From Firmicutes bacterium UBA3943 (GTDB lineage Bacteria; Bacillota; UBA4882; UBA10575; UBA3943), in the NCBI GenBank assembly GCA_002385625.1, contig DGDV01000054.1, positions 477 to 64,476 on the forward strand: a stretch of DNA of 64,000 nucleotides, read 5' to 3'. Positions within the stretch are counted from its first letter, which is position 1; each line of letters opens with the position of its first letter. Shown here in pieces: positions 8,631 through 17,822 of the stretch. A model generated the notes under the pieces. It was not told the DNA's origin and ran no database searches. It worked only from the letters and a program-made list of their open reading frames with translations. Position numbers and translations under genes: made by a program.

Positions 8631-9784
8631 ACTATTTTATCTCTGCAGGTGAACATTCCGGTGACATGCATGGCGCAGCGCTGGTCCAAGCCATCCGGGC
8701 GGAGGACCCGGCGGCCCGGTTTTGGGGGATGGGCGGGCCGCTGATGGCAGCAGCGGGTGTGGAGATCCTGCACGACCCCACACAGGCAAGCACCATCGGC
8801 TTTGTGGAAGTCCTCAAAAACCTGCGACGCTTTAAGAAGCTATTGGATACCTTTGAGCAGTCCTGGACAGAAAATCGGCCTGACCTGGTGCTCTGGGTAG
8901 ATTTTGGCGGTTTTAACTTAGCCCTGGCGGAACGGGCGCACAAACACGGTATTCCGGTGTTATGCATATTCTCCCCGTCGGCTTGGGCTTACGGACAGGG
9001 AAGAGCGGTCCGGATGGGGCGTTGCGTCACCAAGTTGGCAGCAGTGCTCCCCTTTGAGCCGGAGTTTTACGCCCAATTTGGTGTCGATACGGTCCATGTG
9101 GGCCATCCTTTGCTGGACCGGGTTCGGCCTAGCAAGTCCAGGGATGAATTTCGGCAGGAACTGGGGGTAGCAGAGGATGAGCGGCTGGTGGCGCTGCTTC
9201 CCGGCAGCAGACGCCAGGAGATCCAGCGCTTGCTCCCGGCGATGCTGGAAGCCAGCCGGGAGATCGACAAGGAGTTTCCGCAGACCGTCTTTGCCCTGCC
9301 GGTGGCCCCGTCGATTCCCCAGGAACTGGTCCAGGAGATACTGGACAGTGTGGACCATGCGCCAGTAAAACTGCTGGATGGCAGGGCCTACGATCTGATG
9401 AACGCGGCGGACCTTGGTGTCATTTCCTCCGGCACCGCCACCCTGGAGGCGGCCCTTTTGGAACTGCCCATGGTCTTGGTCTACAAGGTCAGCGCCTTGT
9501 CTTACCGCATTTACATGATGCTGGGTAATAAAGAATACAAAAAGAACCTGCGGATTGCCTTGCCCAACCTGATCTCCGGCGAAATGACCATACCAGAATT
9601 GATTCAGGAAAACTGCACCGGCCAACGGATCGCCGAGACCGTCAATGCATTGCTCCGGGACAAGCAGGCTCTATCCCAAATGAAGGAGAAGTTAAGCGTA
9701 ATTCGCCGGCAGGTAGGTGAGCCGGGTGTGATGCCCAGGGTTGCCAAAATCGCGGTGGAATTGGCCGGAGCTAGCGGAAAGTGA
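8627..9784 (+). CDS. lpxB: Lipid-A-disaccharide synthase homologue (glycosyltransferase family 19, LpxB-like)
   Basis: The N-terminus MNYFISAGEHSGDMHGAALV and the overall length fit LpxB. ATG 8627 overlaps the DUF2993 stop as ATGA, which indicates translational coupling. The ORF track opens at 8594. Confidence 0.8.
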   Translation: MNYFISAGEHSGDMHGAALVQAIRAEDPAARFWGMGGPLMAAAGVEILHDPTQASTIGFVEVLKNLRRFKKLLDTFEQSWTENRPDLVLWVDFGGFNLALAERAHKHGIPVLCIFSPSAWAYGQGRAVRMGRCVTKLAAVLPFEPEFYAQFGVDTVHVGHPLLDRVRPSKSRDEFRQELGVAEDERLVALLPGSRRQEIQRLLPAMLEASREIDKEFPQTVFALPVAPSIPQELVQEILDSVDHAPVKLLDGRAYDLMNAADLGVISSGTATLEAALLELPMVLVYKVSALSYRIYMMLGNKEYKKNLRIALPNLISGEMTIPELIQENCTGQRIAETVNALLRDKQALSQMKEKLSVIRRQVGEPGVMPRVAKIAVELAGASGK

Positions 9785-9801
9785 AGATAACGAAAAAAAT
9801 T

Positions 9802-9840
9802 AACCCCGGAGATATAAACTGTCTTCGGGGTTTGCTTTTT
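9802..9840. terminator. Bidirectional intrinsic terminator between lpxB and the convergent small gene
   Basis: Stem AACCCCG(GA) 9802-9810 pairs with (TT)CGGGGTT 9824-9832. It is followed by TGCTTTTTT on + and by AATTTTTTT on the minus strand. Confidence 0.6.
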
Positions 9841-10061
9841 TACTGCTTGTTTTTCAATTCCGCTTTGAGTTCGTCGAGTTGTTCCCTGGAAAGATTAGTG
9901 ATTTCCATAATTAAATCTTCAGGTAATTGTTTGGCCAGCATCTTTCGGGCATCTTCAAGTTTGCCTTCAAGTATGCCCTCATATTTGCCTTTAGTTTCAC
10001 CGGCTAACCAAGCCTCTTCAAACTTTCTCCTGATTGCTTCCGTAAAGTTGGAATACATCAT
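9840..10061 (-). CDS. Small (73 aa) helical protein resembling the C-terminal module of Rpn/YhgA-type or DUF4351 proteins
   Basis: ATG 10061 is preceded by a strong AAAGGAGG RBS. The protein is MMYSNFTEAIRRKF...GKYEGILEGKLEDARKMLAKQLPEDLIMEITNLSREQLDELK. It sits in a low-GC islet. The ORF track extends it to 10121, where there is no RBS. Confidence 0.5.
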   Translation of the reverse strand: MMYSNFTEAIRRKFEEAWLAGETKGKYEGILEGKLEDARKMLAKQLPEDLIMEITNLSREQLDELKAELKNKQ

Positions 10062-10241
10062 ATTAGCCTCCTTTGGGCTTGCTTGTTTTAGTAGCTCGGC
10101 AAAATTGTATAATATGCACAATATATATAATAGTAATAATATATGCGAGGAAAAGAAATAGAAAGCCGCTACATTTTAAGACTCGTTCTACATGGTCTTT
10201 CGCTGACATAGATGTGTACAGGAAAGGCTGGGGGTGGAACC

Positions 10242-11093
10242 ATGACGATCTGGGTGTTAAGTGGCAGACGGTGGCTTGTGGGGAGTGTGGTTGGCTTAGC
10301 GCTGTGCTTGGCGCTACTCTCCCCAACGATCCGGAATGGCTCCTGGCAGATGGTCTCCTCGTGGCTTGCGGGGCGGATTATTCCCATTTACTCCGTAGAG
10401 ACGCCCCGGAAACAAGTGGCATTCTCCTTTGATGCGGTCTGGGGTGCGGACCAGACCGGCGAGTTGCTGGCTATCCTGGAGAAGCATCAGGTGAAGACCA
10501 CCTTCTTCTTAGGCGGTTTTTGGCTGGAGAAGTATCCGGAGATGGTCAAGGCCATCGCCAAAGCAGGTCATGAGATTGGTAACCACACCTATACCCATCC
10601 CCACTTAAATACCCTGCCCCCGGAGAAGATTGCTGAAGAACTCACCAGGACCCACCGGTTAATTGTGGAACTGACTGGGCAAAAGCCTTGGTTGTTCCGG
10701 CCGCCCTTTGGCGAGTACAGTAATAAAGTCATTGAAACCGCCGAGAAATGCGGTTATACCACAATCATCTGGGATGTGGACTCTCTGGACTGGCGCGACT
10801 TAAGCAGTGAAGCCATGGTTAACCGGGTTTATCCCAAGATCCAGCCCGGTTCCATTGTCCTGTTTCATAATGCGGGTAAGCATACGCCCAGGGCTATTGA
10901 TATTCTCTTTACTAAGCTAAAAAAGGATGGCTATCAGATTGTTCCCATCTCAAAGCTCCTGTTGAAGGGTGATACCTATGTGGATCATACTGGCCGGCAA
11001 AGGCCGCGCCGGGCAGCGCCCATTGGTGACAAGGACTTGGAGCAGGCGCACAAAAGAGGAGGTGTCCAGGGGCCATGCGGGTTTATGTTGTAA
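10242..11093 (+). CDS. Polysaccharide deacetylase (PdaB-like, spore cortex type)
   Basis: NodB domain with FSFDAVWG, TFFLGGFW and GHEIGNHTYTHPHL motifs. It has an N-terminal signal/TM segment. ATG 10242 follows GGGGGTGG. The ORF opens at 10212. Confidence 0.8.
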   Translation: MTIWVLSGRRWLVGSVVGLALCLALLSPTIRNGSWQMVSSWLAGRIIPIYSVETPRKQVAFSFDAVWGADQTGELLAILEKHQVKTTFFLGGFWLEKYPEMVKAIAKAGHEIGNHTYTHPHLNTLPPEKIAEELTRTHRLIVELTGQKPWLFRPPFGEYSNKVIETAEKCGYTTIIWDVDSLDWRDLSSEAMVNRVYPKIQPGSIVLFHNAGKHTPRAIDILFTKLKKDGYQIVPISKLLLKGDTYVDHTGRQRPRRAAPIGDKDLEQAHKRGGVQGPCGFML

Positions 11094-12094
11094 CAGAGAA
11101 GGAAGTACGCTGCGGGATCATGATGGTATTGATGATCGTTGCAATCACGATTGGTCTTCCCCGCTTGCCGGCAGTCCGCCGTTGGCGCCACGGGGCGCCC
11201 AAAGGAGTGACTTTGGCGGGACAGCCGGTGGGTGGCTTATTGCCCCAGGAGGTCCGGGCACTGGTAACCAAGCTTGCCGAACAATACCGCCGTGAACCCC
11301 ATAATGCGGGCTATTTTGAGGAAACTGGCGAATTAATCCCCGAACAAAATGGGCTGGCCGTTGATATTGAAGGGACCATAAAAAAGATATTTTCAGCCAA
11401 AGAGGGTGAACAGGTGCAGCCTGTTACCTACGTGGTGACCGCTGCCCGTGACCGTTCTTATTATCTGCCAGTTTACGAAGGCAATGCTGACCGGCAGGAG
11501 GTCAGCATAACCTTTAACGTTGCCTGGGGTGAGGAAGAGATTCCCCAGATCTTGGCCATTTTGAAAGAAACCGGTGTCAAAGCCACCTTTTATTTCGTCG
11601 GGACCTGGGTGAAGCAATTCCCGGAGCTGGTGCGGGAGATTGCCGCCGCCGGGCATGAGATCGCCAACCATGGCTTATACCATGGACATCCGGCGCAGAT
11701 GAACCGGGCAGAATTGGTTCGGTTACTCGAAGCCAACCAGAAGCTCTTGACTGAGACCATCGGCAGGCAACCAGCAAAATTATTTGCCCCGCCATCCGGG
11801 GAATATAATCAACAGGTCCTAAGTGTGGCCGGGGATCTGGGGTATCGGACCGTTCTTTGGACCGTGGACACAGTGGACTGGAAACGCCCGGCGCCGGAGA
11901 TCATTAGGGAGCGTGTCCGGAGCAAGGTCCGGCCCGGCGCTATCATCCTCATGCATCCCACTGCACCGACGGTGGCCGCGTTACGGGCAATCATCGGCGA
12001 CCTCAAGGCGAAAAAGCTGCAGCCAGTGCCCGTCTCCCAGCTTCTTAGTACAAGTACCGCCACGAATGAACAAAAAGCCGGCGTTACGAATTAA
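11075..12094 (+). CDS. Polysaccharide deacetylase with an N-terminal TM segment and extra domain
   Basis: NodB motifs ITFNVAWG, TFYFVGTW and GHEIANHGLYHGH sit at the C-terminus, after a roughly 120-aa N-terminal region. The gene overlaps the previous gene by 19 nt. An alternative start at 11120 is possible. Confidence 0.8.
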   Translation: MRVYVVTEKEVRCGIMMVLMIVAITIGLPRLPAVRRWRHGAPKGVTLAGQPVGGLLPQEVRALVTKLAEQYRREPHNAGYFEETGELIPEQNGLAVDIEGTIKKIFSAKEGEQVQPVTYVVTAARDRSYYLPVYEGNADRQEVSITFNVAWGEEEIPQILAILKETGVKATFYFVGTWVKQFPELVREIAAAGHEIANHGLYHGHPAQMNRAELVRLLEANQKLLTETIGRQPAKLFAPPSGEYNQQVLSVAGDLGYRTVLWTVDTVDWKRPAPEIIRERVRSKVRPGAIILMHPTAPTVAALRAIIGDLKAKKLQPVPVSQLLSTSTATNEQKAGVTN

Positions 12095-12101
12095 CGTCGG
12101 C
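12071..12101 (-). terminator. Intrinsic terminator for the GH18 gene, embedded in the 3' end of the convergent deacetylase gene
   Basis: Stem GCCGGCGTTA 12077-12086 pairs with TAACGTCGGC 12092-12101 (10 bp, one G-U), with a 5-nt loop. On the minus strand it is followed by TTTTTG. Confidence 0.5.
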
Positions 12102-12131
12102 TTAAATCGGTTTAAAAAGTTAGCCCTTTGT

Positions 12132-13409
12132 TCAGAGGACCTGCCAGATCCCTGAGTCCTCATAACCAAGTCGCCACACAGCGACTCCCCGCAGTCCGTA
12201 CTGGGAAACCAGCCGCATCTTTGCGGCGGTGCTGTACCTGTTCTCGTACCAGACTTCATGGCGGGTACCCGCTTTGGTATAGGTGAAGTAAGGGACCTGA
12301 TACTCAGAATGCCATTTTGGAGTGATCTTATACTTGTCAATTATATTCTGGATGGCCGTGAGGTTTAAGGCCGTACCGGAACGATTGGTCCAATCATAGC
12401 CATAGGCTGCGATGCCCAGTAGGATTTTTTGGGGCGGGAAGCTCTTTAATGCATATCGGATCACGTTTTCCACCCAACCTTGGGAGGCCACCGGACCCGC
12501 CGGACCGTCCTTGAAATGTTCATCATAGGTCATAATCATTACCCGGTCCAAATAGGGGGCAATGGCTTGGTAATCATAGGCTCCGGCCCAGGAAGAACTC
12601 CGGTCTTCTTTGGTTTTTGCCGGGACGGAGGCGGTGACCAAAAGGTTCTTTGCCCGCAAAGCAGAGGATAGCTCCCGAAAGAAGGCAGTCAGTTCCGCCC
12701 TATCCCCGGCGGGGACACCTTCGAAGTCGATATTCACGCCGGAATAGCCCTTTTCTTGCACCAAGCGGAGAATACCATTCACAGCCCGGCTGCGGGCGGT
12801 TTTGTCGGTTAACATGCTATGAATGTTTTTACTGTTAAAGTTTGAGCCTTGAATATTGGTTACAACAGCCAGGGTTTCAATGCCTCTGGTCTTTGCCAGT
12901 TGAAAAAGGTTGGCATCATGGTTGCCGCTAATGTTGCCGTGGGCATCCATATGAAAAGAGAAAGACGCCACGGAAGTGATGGTGTCCAGGTTGGCCGCGA
13001 AGGATTTATAGCCCCGGGTGTCACCGGAGGAACTCCTGGCGTAGTATCCTAAAACTTCTTTACCGGATTTGGCGGCAGTGGACGCGGCCACCGCCGGTTT
13101 GGTCATCCACAGGGCAACCCAGCCGGTTTGCCCGTCGGGTGTCTGCACCTTGGCCCAACTGTCGTCTTCACTGATGACGGTGACAGTTGCCCCTTTGGGA
13201 ATGGTTGCAATAATCTCCGCGCTGCCTTTGGCCTCCTGTCGTAAGCTAGCAGCCTCCCGTGAAATAACGGCATATTTTTTTTGACCGGTCTGTTGACTCA
13301 CCTGAGTCGGTTGTTGTGCAGAAGGCTGCGCAGGCGCCTCTTTTCCGCCGATGGCAGAGGAGACGTAGACCGCGATGGCCAGAACGGTAGCAAAAATACT
13401 TTGCGTCAT
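12132..13409 (-). CDS. SH3b-domain glycoside hydrolase family 18 protein (YaaH/SleL-like spore peptidoglycan hydrolase)
   Basis: It has a signal peptide, an SH3-like segment (ATIPKGATVTVISEDDSWAKVQTPDGQTGWV), then a GH18 domain with YSGVNIDFE (DxxDxDxE-type motif). RBS is GAGGTGGG. Confidence 0.8.
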   Translation of the reverse strand: MTQSIFATVLAIAVYVSSAIGGKEAPAQPSAQQPTQVSQQTGQKKYAVISREAASLRQEAKGSAEIIATIPKGATVTVISEDDSWAKVQTPDGQTGWVALWMTKPAVAASTAAKSGKEVLGYYARSSSGDTRGYKSFAANLDTITSVASFSFHMDAHGNISGNHDANLFQLAKTRGIETLAVVTNIQGSNFNSKNIHSMLTDKTARSRAVNGILRLVQEKGYSGVNIDFEGVPAGDRAELTAFFRELSSALRAKNLLVTASVPAKTKEDRSSSWAGAYDYQAIAPYLDRVMIMTYDEHFKDGPAGPVASQGWVENVIRYALKSFPPQKILLGIAAYGYDWTNRSGTALNLTAIQNIIDKYKITPKWHSEYQVPYFTYTKAGTRHEVWYENRYSTAAKMRLVSQYGLRGVAVWRLGYEDSGIWQVL

Positions 13410-13825
13410 GTGCCCACCTCATGTTTACATAAATACTCATGGGCGAATATTTCGTTGTTTAGCAGCGAATTCCTTTATGTACATTCCGGGAAAAACGCTA
13501 TTTGCCGTTAGAAGAGGGAGAAGGCAGGTGCAGAGGCAACTATTGCCTTTCCTGGTGGAGTGGGGATAAGATAAATACTTGGTCCCATTTTATGTGGGAG
13601 AGCTACAAAGATTTTTTATTCTTTCTGCCGTAAAAGACAGGAATTTTTGTTCATGTCACGAAAAGTAATATCTTGGGAAAAACTTTAGACGAACGGTATT
13701 CTTTTTTCAATGATTGATGAAAGGAAAACCCCTCAAAGGCAAAGATAATAAAGGATTCCTCCCCGCCCCGCAGTTGAAAAACGCCGCAAGATTCCGCGAT
13801 TTACTCGCCAAAAGGAGACGACCGG

Positions 13826-15085
13826 ATGTACCATCGGACAACCCTCTCCAATGGGTTACCCATTGTTTGCGAAACCATACCCCATGTTCACTCTGTTGCC
13901 ATGGGATTTTGGGTGGCGTGCGGCTCACGTAACGAAACCCCAAGGGAACATGGGATTTCCCATTTTATTGAGCATATGGTCTTTAAAGGGACTGCCCGGC
14001 GCACCGCCAAAGAGATTGCCGAGGCCATTGATGCGGTGGGCGGGCAGTTAAATGCGTTTACCACCAAGGAATACACCTGTTATTACGCTAAGGTCCTGGA
14101 TCAGCACATCGAATTGGGTCTGGAGCTCCTGGCGGATATGATCATCTCACCACTCTTGGCGGAGGAGGATATTGCCAAGGAGAAAAACGTGATTATCGAA
14201 GAGATCAAGTCCTATGAGGACTCCCCCGACGAAGTGGTGCACGACTTATTTGCTGCTACCTTACTGGCAAAACACCCGTTGGGACACCCGATTCTCGGTA
14301 CGCCGGAGACCATTGGCAGCTTGCACCGGGAGGATCTCATCGACTACCGGCGGCGGTTTTACACGCCGGATAATGCCTGCCTGGCCTTGGCAGGCAACGT
14401 TGACTTTGCGCAAGTGGTAAAGATTGCCGAACGGCATTGGTCGGGGCTCACGGGGAAAAAACAACCACTGGATGTTCCAACCGCTTTCTTTAGCGAAAAA
14501 TTGGCAGTCCGGCGGAAGGACACGGAACAAGTGCAGTTGTGCCTGGGGACGGAGGGCGTTTCCAGGAATCATAAAAACAAGTACAGCATGCTTGTCCTGG
14601 ACAGCATCCTTGGGGGCAGCGTGAGTTCCCGCCTCTTCCAAGAACTCCGGGAAGAGCGGGGCCTGGTTTATAGTACAGGTTCCCACCATGCTTCATACAC
14701 GGATACCGGTATCTTTACGGTTTATGCTGGTACGAGCCTGAATAACACCACGGAAGTGATCAATATCGTCCGGCAGCAGCTGGATCTGCTGATGCAGGAG
14801 GAGGTTAGGCCGGGGGAGCTACGCCGGGCCAAGGAGCAGTTAAAGGGCAACCTGTGGCTGGGCGTGGAGAACACCAGTAACCGTATGAGCAGGTTGGCTA
14901 AATCTGAGTTGTTTTCCGGCCGGTTTTTGACCCCTGATGAAGTGGTGGCTAAGATTGAGGATGTAACTGCCGAGGCCGTTATGGAGGTGGCCCGGCAGAC
15001 GTTTGCCGAAGAAAAAAGGATTTTGGCGGCTGTCGGGCCTTTTGCCGAATACCTGCCGGAGGCGGTGGCGGAATGGGGAAAATAA
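13826..15085 (+). CDS. M16 family zinc peptidase (YmxG/MlpA-like)
   Basis: It carries the inverted zinc motif HFIEH in [14 protein letters not shown] near the N-terminus. Its 419-aa length is typical of the family. Confidence 0.85.
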   Translation: MYHRTTLSNGLPIVCETIPHVHSVAMGFWVACGSRNETPREHGISHFIEHMVFKGTARRTAKEIAEAIDAVGGQLNAFTTKEYTCYYAKVLDQHIELGLELLADMIISPLLAEEDIAKEKNVIIEEIKSYEDSPDEVVHDLFAATLLAKHPLGHPILGTPETIGSLHREDLIDYRRRFYTPDNACLALAGNVDFAQVVKIAERHWSGLTGKKQPLDVPTAFFSEKLAVRRKDTEQVQLCLGTEGVSRNHKNKYSMLVLDSILGGSVSSRLFQELREERGLVYSTGSHHASYTDTGIFTVYAGTSLNNTTEVINIVRQQLDLLMQEEVRPGELRRAKEQLKGNLWLGVENTSNRMSRLAKSELFSGRFLTPDEVVAKIEDVTAEAVMEVARQTFAEEKRILAAVGPFAEYLPEAVAEWGK

Positions 15086-15573
15086 ACAATGAAGTAGTTG
15101 TACCCATCAAAAAAATGAGCACTTATCGGGAACTGCCCCTGCCTGAATATATGACGGCAGCGGCAGCGGGCATGGACTTATTGGCTTGTATTGATGAGCC
15201 TGTTGTCATTGAGCCGGGCAGGTATGCCCGGATCCCCACGGGGATTGCCATTGCTCTGCCGGAAGGGTATGAAGCGCAGATCCGCCCGCGCAGCGGTTTG
15301 GCTGCCCGTTTTGGTATTTCGTTGGTGAACGCACCCGGCACCATCGATGCCGATTACCGGGGGGAGATTGCTGTTTTGTTGATTAACCATGGTACCGAAC
15401 CATTTCAGGTCAAGCGCGGGGATCGGATTGCCCAAATGGTTGTGGCGCCGGTTGCGCGGGTCCAATGGGAATTAAACGAAGGTCTTGACGAAACAGAAAG
15501 GGGTGAAGGTGGCTTTGGGCACACAGGTGTTTGCACAAAGATGGGAGAGGGAACTCCGCCGGTTCAGGGATGA
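15073..15573 (+). CDS. dut: dUTP diphosphatase
   Basis: Motifs [23 protein letters not shown] and C-terminal [10 protein letters not shown] are present. The gene overlaps the peptidase gene by 13 nt. It carries 14 residues after GFGHTG. Confidence 0.9.
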   Translation: MGKINNEVVVPIKKMSTYRELPLPEYMTAAAAGMDLLACIDEPVVIEPGRYARIPTGIAIALPEGYEAQIRPRSGLAARFGISLVNAPGTIDADYRGEIAVLLINHGTEPFQVKRGDRIAQMVVAPVARVQWELNEGLDETERGEGGFGHTGVCTKMGEGTPPVQG

Positions 15574-15724
15574 ACTTGGAAAACTCCGGGAAGACCTGAA
15601 AACACAGCCGGCCATCGAAAACTCCGGAAAAGACGATTCCTACCGCATGGCCACCCAGATTGATTTGGCGGTCAGTCGTTTTCTTCGGATCAAAGAACAG
15701 ACGGAGGAGTTGCTGGGGGTATAA
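15485..15724 (+). CDS. Hypothetical small coiled-coil protein (doubtful)
   Basis: 79-aa ORF in another frame, overlapping the dut 3' end by 89 nt. There is no convincing RBS. Only the part downstream of dut is unconstrained by the dut frame. A terminator follows at 15776. Confidence 0.25.
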   Translation: MTKQKGVKVALGTQVFAQRWERELRRFRDELGKLREDLKTQPAIENSGKDDSYRMATQIDLAVSRFLRIKEQTEELLGV

Positions 15725-15775
15725 AAGAACACTTAACATATATTATCTATCATCCTGAAATGCCAAATGATAAAC

Positions 15776-15797
15776 GCCGGGGTTGACCCGGCTTTTT
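15776..15797 (+). terminator. Intrinsic terminator after the dut region
   Basis: GCCGGG 15776-15781 pairs with CCCGGC 15787-15792, followed by TTTTT. Confidence 0.55.
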
Positions 15798-15812
15798 CAT
15801 GCTGTAAGCAAA

Positions 15813-15838
15813 GAAGAGTCCTGGGGAAAGGACTCTTC
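15813..15838. terminator. Hairpin terminator downstream of the minus-strand membrane protein gene
   Basis: GAAGAGTCC 15813-15821 pairs with GGACTCTTC 15830-15838 (9 bp). Both strands have T-rich flanks. Confidence 0.5.
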
Positions 15839-15856
15839 CGTTCAATTTTTTAACTT

Positions 15857-16204
15857 CTAGCGAACTTTTGTGGGAATGAACAGGTCAATCAGGCCGATGA
15901 CCAAGGAGGCCAAGAGGGCGCCGATGACGGAGACGGATAACCCCGGTACCAGAAATTGAGTGATATAAATTACCAGGGCTGATACGAGAAAACCGACAAC
16001 GCCATGGGCGTAGGGAGAGGCGTTCTGCCCAAGAAACAACTCGATAAGATAACTAATCCCCGCAATGACCAGGGCAGTAATCAATGCGGTGCTAAAGGAA
16101 AGCGCGCTGAATCCCGGAACCACATAACCAATGAACATTAAAACCAAGGCCGCAATAACAAACCGAACAATGGTGCGTACCCAATCCACGACTATACCTC
16201 CCAT
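15857..16204 (-). CDS. Small 4-TM membrane protein (phage holin family IV / YvlD-like)
   Basis: 115-aa ORF with four hydrophobic helices. The pattern VVPGFS...ALITALVIAGISYL...FLVPGLSV is typical of that family. Confidence 0.7.
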   Translation of the reverse strand: MGGIVVDWVRTIVRFVIAALVLMFIGYVVPGFSALSFSTALITALVIAGISYLIELFLGQNASPYAHGVVGFLVSALVIYITQFLVPGLSVSVIGALLASLVIGLIDLFIPTKVR

Positions 16205-16466
16205 CGCTGTTCTTTCCGGGTTTAGGATGCGCCGATTGGGTTATGGTTATACCATTGATTGAATTGCTGAATTAACAATATTGATAAGAAAATTGACATG
16301 GGTCAAACCGGTGGACGATATCCCGGAAGATTGACCGGAAAAAGGCCCACAGGGGATGCTTGCCCGAATCGGATAAATGCTGTATTCTATGGAAGAGATA
16401 TTTTTCGGTAAGCAGGATAAACAAAATGGTAAAGCGAAATATAAGAAGGTTTTATAGGGGGAGACT

Positions 16467-17822
16467 ATGGGCAAGTGCATGGCGCCTAAGGGTGCGGTGA
16501 TCCGCCGGGTCGCCCGCGACAGTATTGGGGCGGAACTCGGGCTTTGTCCCGGCGATCGGATTATTAAGATAAACGGCCGGGCCATTTGTGATTTAATCGA
16601 CTACACAATGCTCCAAGCCGGGGAAGACTTACAGCTTGTGGTTGAGCGGACCGACGGTGAGTGTTGGGAGATTTCCGTGGAAAAGGACGAGGATGAGGGG
16701 TTGGGGCTGGAGTTCGAAGAAGCCGTCTTTGACGGGATTCGACCCTGCGCCAACCGGTGCGTTTTTTGTTTTGTGGACCAGATGCCCAAAGGCCAACGCC
16801 CAACCCTCTACATTAAAGATGACGATTACCGTCTCTCCTTTTTGCAGGGTAGCTATATCACCTTGACAAACCTGCGGCCAGCTGATTGGCAACGTATTGA
16901 AAGATTGCGTTTAAGTCCTCTGTATGTCTCGGTGCATGCGACCGATCCGGCGGTCCGCCAACGCTTATTGGGGCAGCCCCGGGCCAGCCGGATTATGGAT
17001 GATTTAAGGCGATTGCAGAAAATGGGGATTCTCCTCCATACCCAGGCGGTGCTTTGCCCTGGTATCAACGATGGGCCCGTCTTGGAACAGACCCTGCAGG
17101 ATTTGTCCGCTTTGTGGCCGACGGTGCAAAGCTTGGCGGTGGTTCCGGTGGGGTTGACTGCGCACCGGGAGGGTCTTGCATCGCTCAGGCGGTTTACCAA
17201 GGATGAAGCCAGGTGTGTGGTGGAGATGGTGCACAGGTGGCAAGACCGCTGCCGGCAAAGCTTTGGCACCCATTGGGTTTGGCCAACGGATGAGTTTTAC
17301 CTCCAGGCTGGTCTTGAGCTGCCTGAAGCCACAGTGTATGAGGACTACCTTCAGCTTGAAAACGGGGTCGGGCTGTGGCGCTTGTTCCATGACGAGGTTT
17401 TTGCGGCTATGGCCAAAAACAAGGGGGCTTTGGCAAAGGCCTGCGGCTTTGTTGGGGTGGTGACGGGAGAGAGCGCCGTCGGATTATGGGAAGAGTTCAG
17501 AGCGGCTTTGCAAACTTTGGCGCCGGGACTTAAATTAACAGTTTACCCGGTGAAAAATGGTTTTTTTGGCCCGGATGTCACTGTTACCGGTTTGGTGGTC
17601 GGGTCGGACATTTTAGCCACCTTGCAACAGGCAAGGCCGCTACAGGTCCAAAAATTACTTTTGCCCAGCGTAATGCTGCGATATGGGGAAAGTGTCTTTT
17701 TAGACGGGACTTCCGTTGCCGACCTGTCCACGGCGTTGTCGCTTCCTATTGAAGTCGTGCCCTTTGACGGGGAGGCCTTGATCGAGGCCTTATGTGTCGC
17801 CAAGGAGGAGCGTAGGGAATGA
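16467..17822 (+). CDS. DUF512 protein: PDZ domain fused to a radical-SAM-like domain
   Basis: It has an N-terminal PDZ-like segment (GAELGLCPGDRIIKINGRAI) and a CANRCVFC (Cx3Cx2C) cluster motif. RBS is AGGGGGAG. Its stop overlaps the der start (ATGA). Confidence 0.8.
   Translation: MGKCMAPKGAVIRRVARDSIGAELGLCPGDRIIKINGRAICDLIDYTMLQAGEDLQLVVERTDGECWEISVEKDEDEGLGLEFEEAVFDGIRPCANRCVFCFVDQMPKGQRPTLYIKDDDYRLSFLQGSYITLTNLRPADWQRIERLRLSPLYVSVHATDPAVRQRLLGQPRASRIMDDLRRLQKMGILLHTQAVLCPGINDGPVLEQTLQDLSALWPTVQSLAVVPVGLTAHREGLASLRRFTKDEARCVVEMVHRWQDRCRQSFGTHWVWPTDEFYLQAGLELPEATVYEDYLQLENGVGLWRLFHDEVFAAMAKNKGALAKACGFVGVVTGESAVGLWEEFRAALQTLAPGLKLTVYPVKNGFFGPDVTVTGLVVGSDILATLQQARPLQVQKLLLPSVMLRYGESVFLDGTSVADLSTALSLPIEVVPFDGEALIEALCVAKEERRE

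Noticed and set aside
8627-9784. Reading the LpxB homologue as evidence that the organism is diderm and makes LPS.
   Set aside because: One GT19 gene alone is insufficient. No other lpx, lpt or bam genes are in the window, and the context is that of a classical endospore-former. It is kept as an open question in the findings, not as a claim.
9781-10161. 126-aa + strand ORF across the low-GC islet.
   Set aside because: The translation is Ser/Leu/Phe low-complexity. It starts inside the lpxB stop/terminator region without an RBS. It is antisense to a better-supported small gene that has a perfect RBS.
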